Assembly: GCA_964403045.1 (NCBI GenBank)
Contig: CAYOEP010000001.1
Location: forward strand, 9,009-73,008
Source: an uncultured Candidatus Saccharibacteria bacterium
GTDB lineage: Bacteria > Patescibacteriota > Minisyncoccia > UBA6257 > 2-01-FULL-56-20
Length of the DNA: 64,000 nucleotides
Reading direction: 5' to 3'
Part shown: positions 9,181 to 18,287 of the stretch, piece by piece
How the letters are laid out: the number at the start of each line of letters is the position of its first letter
Numbering within the stretch: position 1 is the first letter of the stretch
Notes under the pieces: model-generated
The model's database searches: none
Seen by the model: only the letters and a program-made list of their open reading frames with translations
Told to the model about the DNA's origin: nothing
Position numbers and translations under genes: made by a program

Positions 9181-10932
9181 TTAGAGAATTCCTTTTCTTA
9201 TGATTTCATTGAGCCTAGCTTTCGCTACAGACTTCACAAGATCAATTATTGTTTTCATTATCAGCTCTGAATTTTGCCCTACCGTGTTTGCTGTCTTTTG
9301 AATTCTTTCTTGGGCAACTTCTTGAGAGAGGGCTTCGACGACGAATTTCGCAGGTGTAGTATTTTTCCATTCATCGCAAAGTTTAACTGCACATGTATTA
9401 GGAACTTCAGAAGTTTTACAGTCCAAAGTTCCCTCTATGTAATCTTCTCCATAGTCTACCTTCGGATCATCGCCCTTGCCAATATATGCTCTATGAGAAG
9501 AAACGCACACACGAGTAGGGCGAAATCCGTTTCCCGATTCGGCGTCGGATTTCTCTGCTTCTTGCTTTTGCGACGCCCTCAGACCAACTTTTTCCTTCAT
9601 TGTAACAAGAGCCCCAAAAATGTTATTCTGCGGTTTCAGCATTTCACCGTAAGCGACCCACCCCCCCGTTTCGAAGCTTCGGTAAAAGTCTTTTACGTTA
9701 CTCACTACGTCATCTAATGTACACTCTACGCCTTCTTCTGGGGGAACATTAGGAAGCGGAGTCGCAGCAATAGTGAGGAGTGGACCAAAGGAATTGCACA
9801 GGAAAGGCGCGCTTTCTGCAACAACTTCACCCGCCGCGCTCTTTGCTGCCTTTTTGAGAAATCCTTTCCAGTCAGTGACAAATTTCGGTTTTTTCCCGCC
9901 TCTAACCCACGCAAGCGTTTGCCTTGCAATGCCATTAATTATCTTTGACTTGGCACTCTCTAGTAATTCTTCGCCTATTACATCCAAAATCATTTGAGCT
10001 ATGTTGCCTGGGTCAAACACAATATCTCCGAGTCCTAAGAAGGCATGTGCTGTGGGGATAGTCATAAACCCCTTTATAAAAGCAATGAAATGACTTTCCT
10101 CATGCTTCTGCTTGAGCAAGGAAGAAGGGTTCAGGGCAGAATGTAGCTCTTGGGAAAGTTGGTGCGATAGATTCTGTAGTTCTTTTTTCTGGACGTTGAA
10201 GACAAGAAGGGACTTTAGAGGATCAGTTGAATTGACGAGCGTGGAAAGTTGCTTTATTTGGGCAATCAAAAGAACAAATTGCTTGTGGAAAGAAGAGAAT
10301 AGCTCAGGCGCATGCAGCTCTAATACTTCCTGGAGCATCTTCTCTAGCATGAGATTTGTAGCTATGGAAAGGGTTCCTGCTTCCTCCTTGTTGGCAGCAA
10401 TATCGGTAAGATTTTTGATAGCACGCGTATATTTGTTGAAAAACCCCTCAAGACGCTCAAGATAGCCAGATGTATCTGCGGACGGATCTATAATTGCCTG
10501 GGAAGCAATTTTCTCTGCCTTGCGTCGAAGCAACTGCAATTCTTGCTTTATTTCGGAAACTCGATCTGGCGTGAGAATGTCCGTAGAGTTTGTTTGAGCG
10601 AGATTCAATTGCTGCAGAATCTGCTCTTTGCTAAGCTTATTGGCGTCTTTCTCTTTGAGGAAAAGAGAAACTTTGTGTAAATCAATTGCAGTAATTTCTT
10701 TGATAACAGCGTCGGAAAACGCTTCAGTGAGGGTAAAGGGTTCGGAGGAAAGGGTTGCTGGGGGGATAGCTTCGGTGCCGATAGCATTGACAGGGACAGT
10801 CGTCTGGACGTCCTGCGGCGGCGCGGAGGAGTGCGCAGAGAATGAAGAAGAGAAAAAGAACGAGAAAGAGCCCGTCGCTGTTGCTACGACAAGGAATGTG
10901 GCGGCAAGCGTTCTGAACGATGGATGCTCCAT
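9181..10932 (-). CDS. Exported T4SS-locus protein with internal TrbJ/VirB5-like motif
   Basis: N-terminal TM; internal 'TAHAFLGLGDIVFDPGNIAQ'; 'W..GG.KPKFVTDW..FL'; Cys-containing C-terminal domain. Confidence 0.55.
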   Translation of the reverse strand: MEHPSFRTLAATFLVVATATGSFSFFFSSSFSAHSSAPPQDVQTTVPVNAIGTEAIPPATLSSEPFTLTEAFSDAVIKEITAIDLHKVSLFLKEKDANKLSKEQILQQLNLAQTNSTDILTPDRVSEIKQELQLLRRKAEKIASQAIIDPSADTSGYLERLEGFFNKYTRAIKNLTDIAANKEEAGTLSIATNLMLEKMLQEVLELHAPELFSSFHKQFVLLIAQIKQLSTLVNSTDPLKSLLVFNVQKKELQNLSHQLSQELHSALNPSSLLKQKHEESHFIAFIKGFMTIPTAHAFLGLGDIVFDPGNIAQMILDVIGEELLESAKSKIINGIARQTLAWVRGGKKPKFVTDWKGFLKKAAKSAAGEVVAESAPFLCNSFGPLLTIAATPLPNVPPEEGVECTLDDVVSNVKDFYRSFETGGWVAYGEMLKPQNNIFGALVTMKEKVGLRASQKQEAEKSDAESGNGFRPTRVCVSSHRAYIGKGDDPKVDYGEDYIEGTLDCKTSEVPNTCAVKLCDEWKNTTPAKFVVEALSQEVAQERIQKTANTVGQNSELIMKTIIDLVKSVAKARLNEIIRKGIL

Positions 10933-11009
10933 AGAGCTTTTATTTGGTCTTATTATACCACTTTTGGGGAGCGTGACTTTTCCACAGAGGCAGGTTTACA
11001 GCTTTCTTG

Positions 11010-11837
11010 TCAAGAACATGGGCCGCTGGCGCGGGAGGCGTGGAGAAGGCCGCTCAGCTTGCAGAGCGTTGCGGGGGTGAGGAGCTGGGCGCGTGCGGAA
11101 GGCGGCAGGGAGAGCCTGGAAAGTGCTGCACGAATTGCTACCTCTGGAAATGAAGTTTTAAGGTTATTGACAAGCGTTTTTCGGGGGTGCGCGAATGCGG
11201 CGTGGAGCGTGGTGTAATAGCGTTCCCTATCGCAGGGAAGGCGGTGGCGGGTGGTGAGCTTGATAAGGGCGGAGTCTACACGCGGCGGCGGCATGAAGGA
11301 AGTGCGGGGGATTGTGGTGATGAGGCGCGGCGAAGCCCAGAACTGCACGCTGAGCGCGAGCTTGTTGGCGCGCGGCGCGGTAGCGACAATGCGGTGCGCG
11401 ACTTCCTTTTGCACGACCAGCAGGCACCCGCGCGGCGGCGGCGCGAGCTCGCCTATTTTGCGGAGAAGGATGCCAGTAAGCGAATAAGGAATGCTCCCTA
11501 CAATCACATAGGAAGCATTGGAAAGCGAGGAGGGAATCTGAGGGAGAAGATCGCGTGCGTCGCCTTCCTGCAGGACTGCGGGGATAGGACATTGGGGGAG
11601 CGCTCGCGCAAGAAATGCTGCCAGCCTTCGATCTTTCTCAATTGCAATGATGTGGCGGTAGGGAGCGGCTCGGTCGCTCGCCAGCGGCAGGGTAAGCGCT
11701 CCCTTCCCCGCACCTATTTCCACCACTGTTTCCGCAGCAAAACTGCGCGTTGCATCGAGAATGCGTTGGATGATTGCCCTGTCATTGAGGAAATGCTGTC
11801 CCCATTGCTTCCTTTTCTGTGGGGGGCTATATGGCAT
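11010..11837 (-). CDS. rsmA: 16S rRNA adenine dimethyltransferase RsmA/KsgA
   Basis: 'GQHFL', 'VEIGAGKGALT', 'IEKD', 'SIPYSLT', 'VQKEVA.RI', 'F.PPPRVDSA'; likely start ATG 11837. Confidence 0.92.
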   Translation of the reverse strand: MPYSPPQKRKQWGQHFLNDRAIIQRILDATRSFAAETVVEIGAGKGALTLPLASDRAAPYRHIIAIEKDRRLAAFLARALPQCPIPAVLQEGDARDLLPQIPSSLSNASYVIVGSIPYSLTGILLRKIGELAPPPRGCLLVVQKEVAHRIVATAPRANKLALSVQFWASPRLITTIPRTSFMPPPRVDSALIKLTTRHRLPCDRERYYTTLHAAFAHPRKTLVNNLKTSFPEVAIRAALSRLSLPPSARAQLLTPATLCKLSGLLHASRASGPCS

Positions 11838-11880
11838 AAAGTTATCGATTCTCCTTGCGTGTTGCTTTCTATATTGTATA

Positions 11881-12924
11881 ATGCCAAGTATTAGTACAGC
11901 TTCTACAATTGCAAAGAACATCCAGGAAAGCAAGGCGTTGGTGGGAAAAGCGCTTTTTCTCTTGTGCATTGCGGTAGTGCAAGGAGTGCTATGGTATAGC
12001 GCTGACAGCAGGAAGGGAATTCTTGGCGGTCCCGTGGAAGTGCAGAAAATTCTTGCTGCAGATATTGCCCTACCCCGCGCGGTGCTCTCCGATGTCCCTT
12101 TTCTCCGCGAGGAGAAAGCACGGGATGCTGCATTGGCGGCGCAGGGGCAACTCCTCCCGTCCAGCGCCGAGGAAAGTGCCGCACTCCGCGCGACAGGGAA
12201 TCCTCTAGGGGTGCTCGCAGGCTCTCCCGGTGTGGTTATCTACCATGTGAAGAAGGGCGACACGCTTTCTGGGATCGCGAGTCGGTTTGGAATTTCCCTA
12301 CGGACGGTGGTGGCAGCAAATCCTGAGGTGCGCGCCCGCGCGCTCCACATCGGGCAGTCACTCTACATTTTGCCAGTTGCCGGTGTGGTCTACACAGTAC
12401 TTCCCGGCGACACGCTTGCGAGTATTGCGAAAAAGTTTGACGTTACCGTAAAAGAACTGCGGCAATACAACCACACGCTTGAAAGCGAGGGGTTGCGCCC
12501 CGGGATAAAGCTTGCAATCCCTGGTGTCGTGCCTGAAATAAAGGCGGACAGATCCTATGCAAAAGCGCGGCGCTACTTCGTGCAGCCCGCCCAAGGACTG
12601 AACTGGGGAAAGCTCCATCCTAAGAATGCGGTAGACATTGCAAATGCGTGCGGCACGGAAGTGGATGCAGCGGCTGAAGGGCTCGTGGTAGATATAGGAA
12701 GGAAGGGATGGAACAGCGGCTATGGCCACTATGTGACTATTGAGCATCCCAATGGGGCAAAGACGAAATATGGTCACTTGGGAGAAATTTCTGTTGCCAT
12801 AGGAGACTATGTTGCCCAGGGGCAAAGAATTGCCGAGATGGGCAATACAGGAAACGTGCACGGGCCCACTGGCTGCCATCTTCACTTTGAAGTTTACGGG
12901 ATGGCGAATCCCTTTGTGCGCTAG
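11881..12924 (+). CDS. 2xLysM plus M23 metallopeptidase
   Basis: Two LysM repeats (YHVKKGDTLSGIA, YTVLPGDTLASIA); M23 motifs H...VD, YGHL, HLHFEV; start uncertain. Confidence 0.9.
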   Translation: MPSISTASTIAKNIQESKALVGKALFLLCIAVVQGVLWYSADSRKGILGGPVEVQKILAADIALPRAVLSDVPFLREEKARDAALAAQGQLLPSSAEESAALRATGNPLGVLAGSPGVVIYHVKKGDTLSGIASRFGISLRTVVAANPEVRARALHIGQSLYILPVAGVVYTVLPGDTLASIAKKFDVTVKELRQYNHTLESEGLRPGIKLAIPGVVPEIKADRSYAKARRYFVQPAQGLNWGKLHPKNAVDIANACGTEVDAAAEGLVVDIGRKGWNSGYGHYVTIEHPNGAKTKYGHLGEISVAIGDYVAQGQRIAEMGNTGNVHGPTGCHLHFEVYGMANPFVR

Positions 12925-14465
12925 GACAATACTGGCTCGCCCGCGCGAAGCCGGTAGCTGAACGCTTCGGCGAGGTGAGTTTCGGTTACATGAGGAGATG
13001 CTTCCAGGTCCGCAATTGTGCGGGCCACTTTTAATATTCGGTAGTAGCTCCGCGGGGAGAGATTCGCGCGTGCCGCTTGCTCAAGAAACCGAGTCGCCGC
13101 GTCGGTGAGTGCGACGAACCGCGTTGTTTCCTTGCTGCTCATCTCTGCGTTTGTGCAGATAGGAAGGGAGGCAAACCGCGCCCGTTGCAGCTCCCGCGCC
13201 TGCTGCACCTGCACCCGCGCTTCTGCGGAAGTTATCGCCTCGTCGCTGGTGTTGCGGAGCGTTGCCAGAGGAACGCGGGCGACAAATATTTGGAGGTCAA
13301 TGCGGTCAAGCAGCGGCCCGGAAACCTTCTTTTGGTAGCGCGCCACTTCATGGGCAGAACAGGTGCATTCCTTCTGGGTGTCTCCGTAGAAGCCGCAGGG
13401 ACACGGATTCATAGCCGCAAGAAGACTGAAGCGTGCGGGGAAGCGCACGGTGCTCGCGGCACGCGATACCACCACATTCCCCTCTTCGAGTGGCTGGCGG
13501 AGCGCTTCGAGTACATTCCTGGGAAATTCGGGGAGCTCGTCGAGGAAAAGGACGCCCCGGTGTGCAAGGCTAATCTCGCCGGGACGGGGATTGGTGCCGC
13601 CGCCAATCATTGCCGCAGGTGAGGCAGTATAGTGAGGTGCACGGAAGGGGCGGGTGCGCACCACGTCGCCGCCTGCGAGCCCCGCCGCGCTGTATACCTT
13701 TGTCACTTCTATTGATTCCTGGGGAGTAAGTGGCGGAAGGATGCCAACGAGCGCCCGCGCCAGCATGCTTTTGCCCATCCCCGGGGGTCCTGCCATGAGA
13801 AGATTGTGGTTTCCCGCGGCGGCGATGAGAAGTGCACGTTTTGCGCTCTCCTGCCCTTTAATTTCCGCGAGGTCGGGAATTTTGTTTTCTTGGGAAGGGC
13901 CTCCGGTACTACGGGACTGCACTTCGCGCGGCGCAGATCTTCCCTCGAGGATATCGATAAGCTCGCGGAGGCTTGCGGCCGGGACAATCATAATGTCCTG
14001 CACGAGCACTGCCTCCCCCGCGTTCTCTTGCGGGAGAATAAGTTTGTCGAACTTGAGGGTTGCCGCAAGCTCTGCGATGCTGAGCGCTCCCCGCACGGGG
14101 CGGATACTGCCATCAAGGCCAAGTTCTCCGAGAAAGAGAATGCGCTCCTCGCGCTTCGGTTTGAGCTGACCGGAGGCAAGCAGGTAACCGATTGCGATGG
14201 CGAGGTCATAGTGCGACCCTGCCTTCTTCACGGAAGCAGGGGCGAGGTTCACGGTGATTTTTCGATTGTCTCTGTTGGGAGGCTTCGCGCCAACGTGCTT
14301 CAACGCGGAGCTGACGCGCTCCCGCGCTTCGTTCACTGCCTTGTCTGCGAGCCCCACGATGTTGAACGCATGCAGACCTACATTGAGGTCCACTTCTACT
14401 TCTACCAGTGCTGCGTCTACTCCTTCCAGCTCGGCCGCGTAGACTTTTGCAAACTTTTTCTGCAT
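12921..14465 (-). CDS. comM: ComM/YifB Mg-chelatase-like AAA+ ATPase
   Basis: 'ITVNLAPA..KK.GSHYDLAIA', GPPGMGKS, 'PGEISLAHRGVLFLDE', 'AMNPCPCG', 'SGPLLDRID'. Confidence 0.93.
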   Translation of the reverse strand: MQKKFAKVYAAELEGVDAALVEVEVDLNVGLHAFNIVGLADKAVNEARERVSSALKHVGAKPPNRDNRKITVNLAPASVKKAGSHYDLAIAIGYLLASGQLKPKREERILFLGELGLDGSIRPVRGALSIAELAATLKFDKLILPQENAGEAVLVQDIMIVPAASLRELIDILEGRSAPREVQSRSTGGPSQENKIPDLAEIKGQESAKRALLIAAAGNHNLLMAGPPGMGKSMLARALVGILPPLTPQESIEVTKVYSAAGLAGGDVVRTRPFRAPHYTASPAAMIGGGTNPRPGEISLAHRGVLFLDELPEFPRNVLEALRQPLEEGNVVVSRAASTVRFPARFSLLAAMNPCPCGFYGDTQKECTCSAHEVARYQKKVSGPLLDRIDLQIFVARVPLATLRNTSDEAITSAEARVQVQQARELQRARFASLPICTNAEMSSKETTRFVALTDAATRFLEQAARANLSPRSYYRILKVARTIADLEASPHVTETHLAEAFSYRLRAGEPVLS

Positions 14466-14534
14466 TGGTGCAATCAGTTGCCCCCTCCCGTGCTATTATA
14501 AGCGAAAGATGCCGTTTTGCCTTAAGCTGGAAAT

Positions 14535-15464
14535 TTGATGAAGAAGAAACTCAGCGTTGCGGCCTTGTTGGTCATTGCCATTGCTGGACTGGTTAGCTTA
14601 GTGCTGCGTCTGCAGTTATTTTCAAAAAGGAGCGCGGAGACAATTCCTCCTCATCGAGCAGAAAGTTCACAGAAAAACAGCAGCAGAGGAATGCAGGTCA
14701 GCATACAGGATCTGCAGAAAAATGCCCGTGCGGCAGCTCGACGGGGGGCTGCATATGTAATGTCGTACCGAGGGCTGCTGAAAGACCCCGGCATTCTATG
14801 GGCGTTGCATGTGGTAAATGAAAAATACTGCCGCGACCCCCAGATCGATGCCGCGCTCAAGAGGCGCTTTCACAAAGAATTTGACAGCCACCCTCTCTAC
14901 TATGCGTATGAACGGCTTTTTGATGAAAGCGCGGTTCACGATTTTCATTACGGAGATTTAAAAAATTGGGAAGCGTACTTCGACGATATTATCCTCCCTG
15001 CGCTCTACTGCGATGTCCGCAGGCCGCCTGAGGATGTGGTGAAAAAAATTTTTTCAATGGAAGGGAAATTTGGCTACTGGCTTACCCATCACTTCCTTGC
15101 GTTGCTCTTTCTGAGAGATCGGGGATGTCTCAAGGAACGCGCCAATGAGATCGAGCGAGATATTGCCGCCGCGGCAGAAAAAATTCGCCTCGAGGAGAGG
15201 CGTGCATCCTTAGTGGATGATGTGTATGCGGAACGGATTGCGATGCTGCTCTACGGAGGGTTTCGGCGATTGGTGGACGCAGACTGGATAGCAAAACTTG
15301 TGGGGCGGCAACGTGCTTCAGGAAGATGGGAAGGAGGCATTCCAGGAATTGGTATTGGAGAAAATCCTCACACTACTGCTCTCGCTGTATGGGCGCTTGC
15401 TGATTACAGCAGATCGTGCCCTTTTGGCGAAAGGCAAGAGCAGAAAGAAGAGGCAGGCCGGTGA
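14535..15464 (+). CDS. Exported alpha-helical protein resembling the DUF4735/C16orf89 family
   Basis: N-terminal TM; motifs GYWLTHHFLALLF..RGC, D.YAE.I.ML.YGGF, W...L..Q..SG.W, HTTALAVWAL; family recalled, not searched. Confidence 0.55.
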   Translation: MMKKKLSVAALLVIAIAGLVSLVLRLQLFSKRSAETIPPHRAESSQKNSSRGMQVSIQDLQKNARAAARRGAAYVMSYRGLLKDPGILWALHVVNEKYCRDPQIDAALKRRFHKEFDSHPLYYAYERLFDESAVHDFHYGDLKNWEAYFDDIILPALYCDVRRPPEDVVKKIFSMEGKFGYWLTHHFLALLFLRDRGCLKERANEIERDIAAAAEKIRLEERRASLVDDVYAERIAMLLYGGFRRLVDADWIAKLVGRQRASGRWEGGIPGIGIGENPHTTALAVWALADYSRSCPFGERQEQKEEAGR

Positions 15465-15473
15465 GGCGCCGAA

Positions 15474-15827
15474 TTATTTCGCGGAAGGTTTTTGCTCCTT
15501 CGCTTTGCAGGTACGGCAGAAGTCTGACTCTGGGGCAACATTCAGAACCTCTTCTTCAATCTCGGCGCCGCACTTCGCGCAGGTGCCGTAGGTACCGTCT
15601 TGAATTTTGCCGAGAGCGATGCGGATGTGGTTGAGGCGTTCGGTAAGGACTGCATCGATGCCAAGCCGAGTACTTTCCTCTTCTGCTTCATCCGCCTCTT
15701 CCTCGAAGCTGTCCACATCATCTCCGAAGTCCATCTTTTGTTTTCCTTCTTCGATCTCCTTTAAAATTGCGCGCTCTTCCTCCTCGAGTTTGCGCCGGTA
15801 GAAATCAATTTTTTCTTTACTCAGCAT
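15474..15827 (-). CDS. TraR/DksA C4 zinc-finger protein
   Basis: Coiled coil plus 'AL.KI..GTYGTCAKCG.EI...L...P....C..C'. Confidence 0.88.
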   Translation of the reverse strand: MLSKEKIDFYRRKLEEEERAILKEIEEGKQKMDFGDDVDSFEEEADEAEEESTRLGIDAVLTERLNHIRIALGKIQDGTYGTCAKCGAEIEEEVLNVAPESDFCRTCKAKEQKPSAK

Positions 15828-16083
15828 GTCTATAATGGTAGCAGAAAATTTTGCAGCCGCAACTTTTTTTACCGGCCGGGGAAACAGGGAAACTTGAACT
15901 GTTGCAGAAGAGATTTAAAGAAGAGAGCGGTGAGCAAGATATCTTGACATAAGTTGCAATTTATTTTCTTATTTTCCTCTCTAGTCTAGGCAAGAGAGAA
16001 GGCTTTGTCGCAAAATATATGTGTCGCAAAATGTAAGCGCCCTATTCCCTTTCTTCTGATGAAGAAGCTATTTTGAGGGTGTC

Positions 16084-16271
16084 CTGTGGAAAAAATGTTT
16101 GTCGACAAACATTTTTTCCACAGATATCCGAATGTTTGTCGACAAACATTTGTTATTTTCTTTCAGCATATGTTTGCTGACAAACACTTGCTAGGAAAGA
16201 ATAATAATGTTTGTCGACAAACATTGTGTTGTATAAAATGTGGATGTTTGTCGACAAACACTTTTTCCACA
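16084..16271. repeat. Cluster of 16-bp palindromes TGTTTGTCGACAAACA (parS-like) with DnaA-box matches; candidate oriC/parS region
   Basis: Copies at 16096, 16133, 16171 (imperfect), 16208 and 16245; perfect 40-bp palindrome 16084-16123; TTTTCCACA or its complement at 16085, 16114 and 16263. Confidence 0.75.
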
Positions 16272-16277
16272 GTAGTA

Positions 16278-16727
16278 GTGAGTGGTAATCAAGATAGAAA
16301 CCAGCAGATTGGCGCGATTGGGGAAGAGGTCGCGAGTGATTATCTCAGAAACCATGGATTCCAGATACTCGCGCGGAATGTGAGGAATAAGTTTGGGGAG
16401 CTTGATATCGTGGCACGGGAAAACAAAGAGCTGGTAGTTGTAGAGGTAAAAACGCTTCGCGCTACTGAGGGAGGGTTGCTGCCCGAAGACAATCTCACGC
16501 ACCGAAAGAGGATGCGCCTTGCGCGGTCTGCGCAGGCATTTGTTGCAACCCGTGGGGATCTTGTGGCAGAGCAGGGATGGAGAATTGACGTCATATCTAT
16601 TTTATTGTCTAATATTTTTCGAGAGGAACTTTTGAGGGACGGCGGGGAGATATTGACAAAAAGTGGGTATTATTGCGTTGTTAGACACTATCGGAACGCG
16701 GTAGGCGCGGGAGGGATGCTTCCCTAA
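16278..16727 (+). CDS. yraN: YraN (UPF0102) PD-(D/E)XK nuclease
   Basis: 'G..GE..A..YL...G..IL.RN.R...GELDIVA....LV.VEVKT'; true start likely GTG 16278, since the upstream extension is the palindrome array. Confidence 0.88.
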   Translation: MSGNQDRNQQIGAIGEEVASDYLRNHGFQILARNVRNKFGELDIVARENKELVVVEVKTLRATEGGLLPEDNLTHRKRMRLARSAQAFVATRGDLVAEQGWRIDVISILLSNIFREELLRDGGEILTKSGYYCVVRHYRNAVGAGGMLP

Positions 16728-16738
16728 AAAAGCTGTGC

Positions 16739-16768
16739 TTGACAGAAGAGCGCCGCAAGCGTTATAGT
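16739..16768 (+). promoter_or_regulatory. Sigma70-type promoter for nusA
   Basis: TTGACA-18 nt-TATAGT. Confidence 0.55.
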
Positions 16769-16826
16769 TGACATAGCCGCATGCAAGATGCGGGCTTTTT
16801 CATAAAAAAGGAAAAAATTAAAGTAT

Positions 16827-18212
16827 ATGAATTTAAAAGAGCTTTCTCGGGCAGTGGAACAGATTGCCGAGGAGAAGGGACTGAAGCCGGAGGTGGTGTT
16901 AGAAACGGTGGAACACGCCATCGCCGCTGCCTACAAAAAAGAATACGGCCGCCGCGGTGAGATTATCCGCGCGAAGCTTGACCCGGAAACGGGCGAGGTA
17001 AAGTTTTGGCAGGTGAAGCTGGTAGTAGATCCGACCGAAGTGCGCATAGAGGACGAGGCGGAGGAAGAAAATACTCCTGCCCAGAAAGGAAAAGAACTGG
17101 CGCAAAAGGAAAGTCGCGCCAAGGAGACGCGCGCGGGAGCGGAGTCGCAGCAAGGCGAAGAAGAAAAAAAGCTCCCGCGGTTCCATCCGGAGCGGCACAT
17201 TTTCCTCGAGGAAGCAAGGAAGATAAAGCCAGATGCGCAAGTGGGAGATGAACTCATCTTTCCACTGGAGCCAAAGGAAGATTTTGGCCGCATTGCGGCA
17301 CAGGCGGCGAAGCAGGTGATCCTCCAAAAACTTCGCGAGTCCGAGCGGCAGTCTATTCTTGAAGAGTGGCGCGACAAAGAGGGGCAGATTGTGAGCGGCG
17401 TGGTGCAGCGGTTCGAGCGCGGCCATGTGTATGTGGACTTGGGAAGGACGGTAGGCGTAATGTTTGCCAATGAGTCGGTGCCGGGCGAGCACTACCGCAC
17501 CGGGGAGCGGTTGCGGTTTCTTGTACTTGCGGTGCAGGAGGAAACGCGTACACCGGGAATCGTGCTCTCGCGGTCCCACCCGGATTTTGTGGCAAAGTTG
17601 TTCGAGATGGAGGTTCCCGAACTTGCCGACGGCGTGTGTGAGATTAAGGCAATTGCCCGTGAGCCGGGGAGCAGGACGAAGATTGCTGTCGCATCGTATG
17701 AAGAGGGAGTGGATCCGGTGGGTGCCTGCGTGGGACAGCGCGGAACACGCGTGATGGCGGTCAACAATGAGCTTGGCCAGGAGAAAATTGACATTGTGGA
17801 ATGGGTGGAAGACCCCGCGCAGTTCGTGGCGAACGCGCTATCTCCCGCAAAAGTTACTTCGGTGGAGGTATTGCCTCGCAGGGAAGCAAGAGTTTACGTG
17901 CCGGAGGACCAGTTGAGCCTTGCGATCGGACGCGGAGGACAGAACGTGCGGCTCGCGGCGAAGCTCACAGGATGGAAAATTGACGTGCGCTCTCAGACAC
18001 GCCCGGAGGAAGTACAGGAAGGGGGAATTGCGGAGGCGAGAAGTGAAAGTGTGCCTGAGGAAGAAGAGCAAGCGGCGGAGCAGAATGCACAAGAGACGGG
18101 CGGAGAGGAAGAACATGGAGGTACCGAAGCGGAGGATGTTTCCACGGCATCTGCCACCGAGGAAAAAGTTCAAGAGAATGCGTTGCAGGAGGCGCCGGGC
18201 GACAAAAAATAA
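16827..18212 (+). CDS. nusA: Transcription factor NusA
   Basis: '[14 protein letters not shown]', S1 and KH domains, '[12 protein letters not shown]', '[21 protein letters not shown]'. Confidence 0.96.
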   Translation: MNLKELSRAVEQIAEEKGLKPEVVLETVEHAIAAAYKKEYGRRGEIIRAKLDPETGEVKFWQVKLVVDPTEVRIEDEAEEENTPAQKGKELAQKESRAKETRAGAESQQGEEEKKLPRFHPERHIFLEEARKIKPDAQVGDELIFPLEPKEDFGRIAAQAAKQVILQKLRESERQSILEEWRDKEGQIVSGVVQRFERGHVYVDLGRTVGVMFANESVPGEHYRTGERLRFLVLAVQEETRTPGIVLSRSHPDFVAKLFEMEVPELADGVCEIKAIAREPGSRTKIAVASYEEGVDPVGACVGQRGTRVMAVNNELGQEKIDIVEWVEDPAQFVANALSPAKVTSVEVLPRREARVYVPEDQLSLAIGRGGQNVRLAAKLTGWKIDVRSQTRPEEVQEGGIAEARSESVPEEEEQAAEQNAQETGGEEEHGGTEAEDVSTASATEEKVQENALQEAPGDKK

Positions 18213-18287
18213 GCTAAAGGATTACAACAACGACGAAAGGCCGTATTACAACACGAAACCTAATAGTAGATATAAATAAAGGTAACT

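Noticed and set aside
16096-16260. CRISPR array interpretation of the regularly spaced palindromes
   Set aside because: A 16-20 bp repeat with ~21-bp spacers is too short, no cas genes are in the window, and an isolated copy occurs inside folD
16086-16277. 64-aa N-terminal extension of YraN with repeated CRQT/FVDKH
   Set aside because: It is simply the translation of the DNA palindromes; YraN similarity starts near GTG 16278
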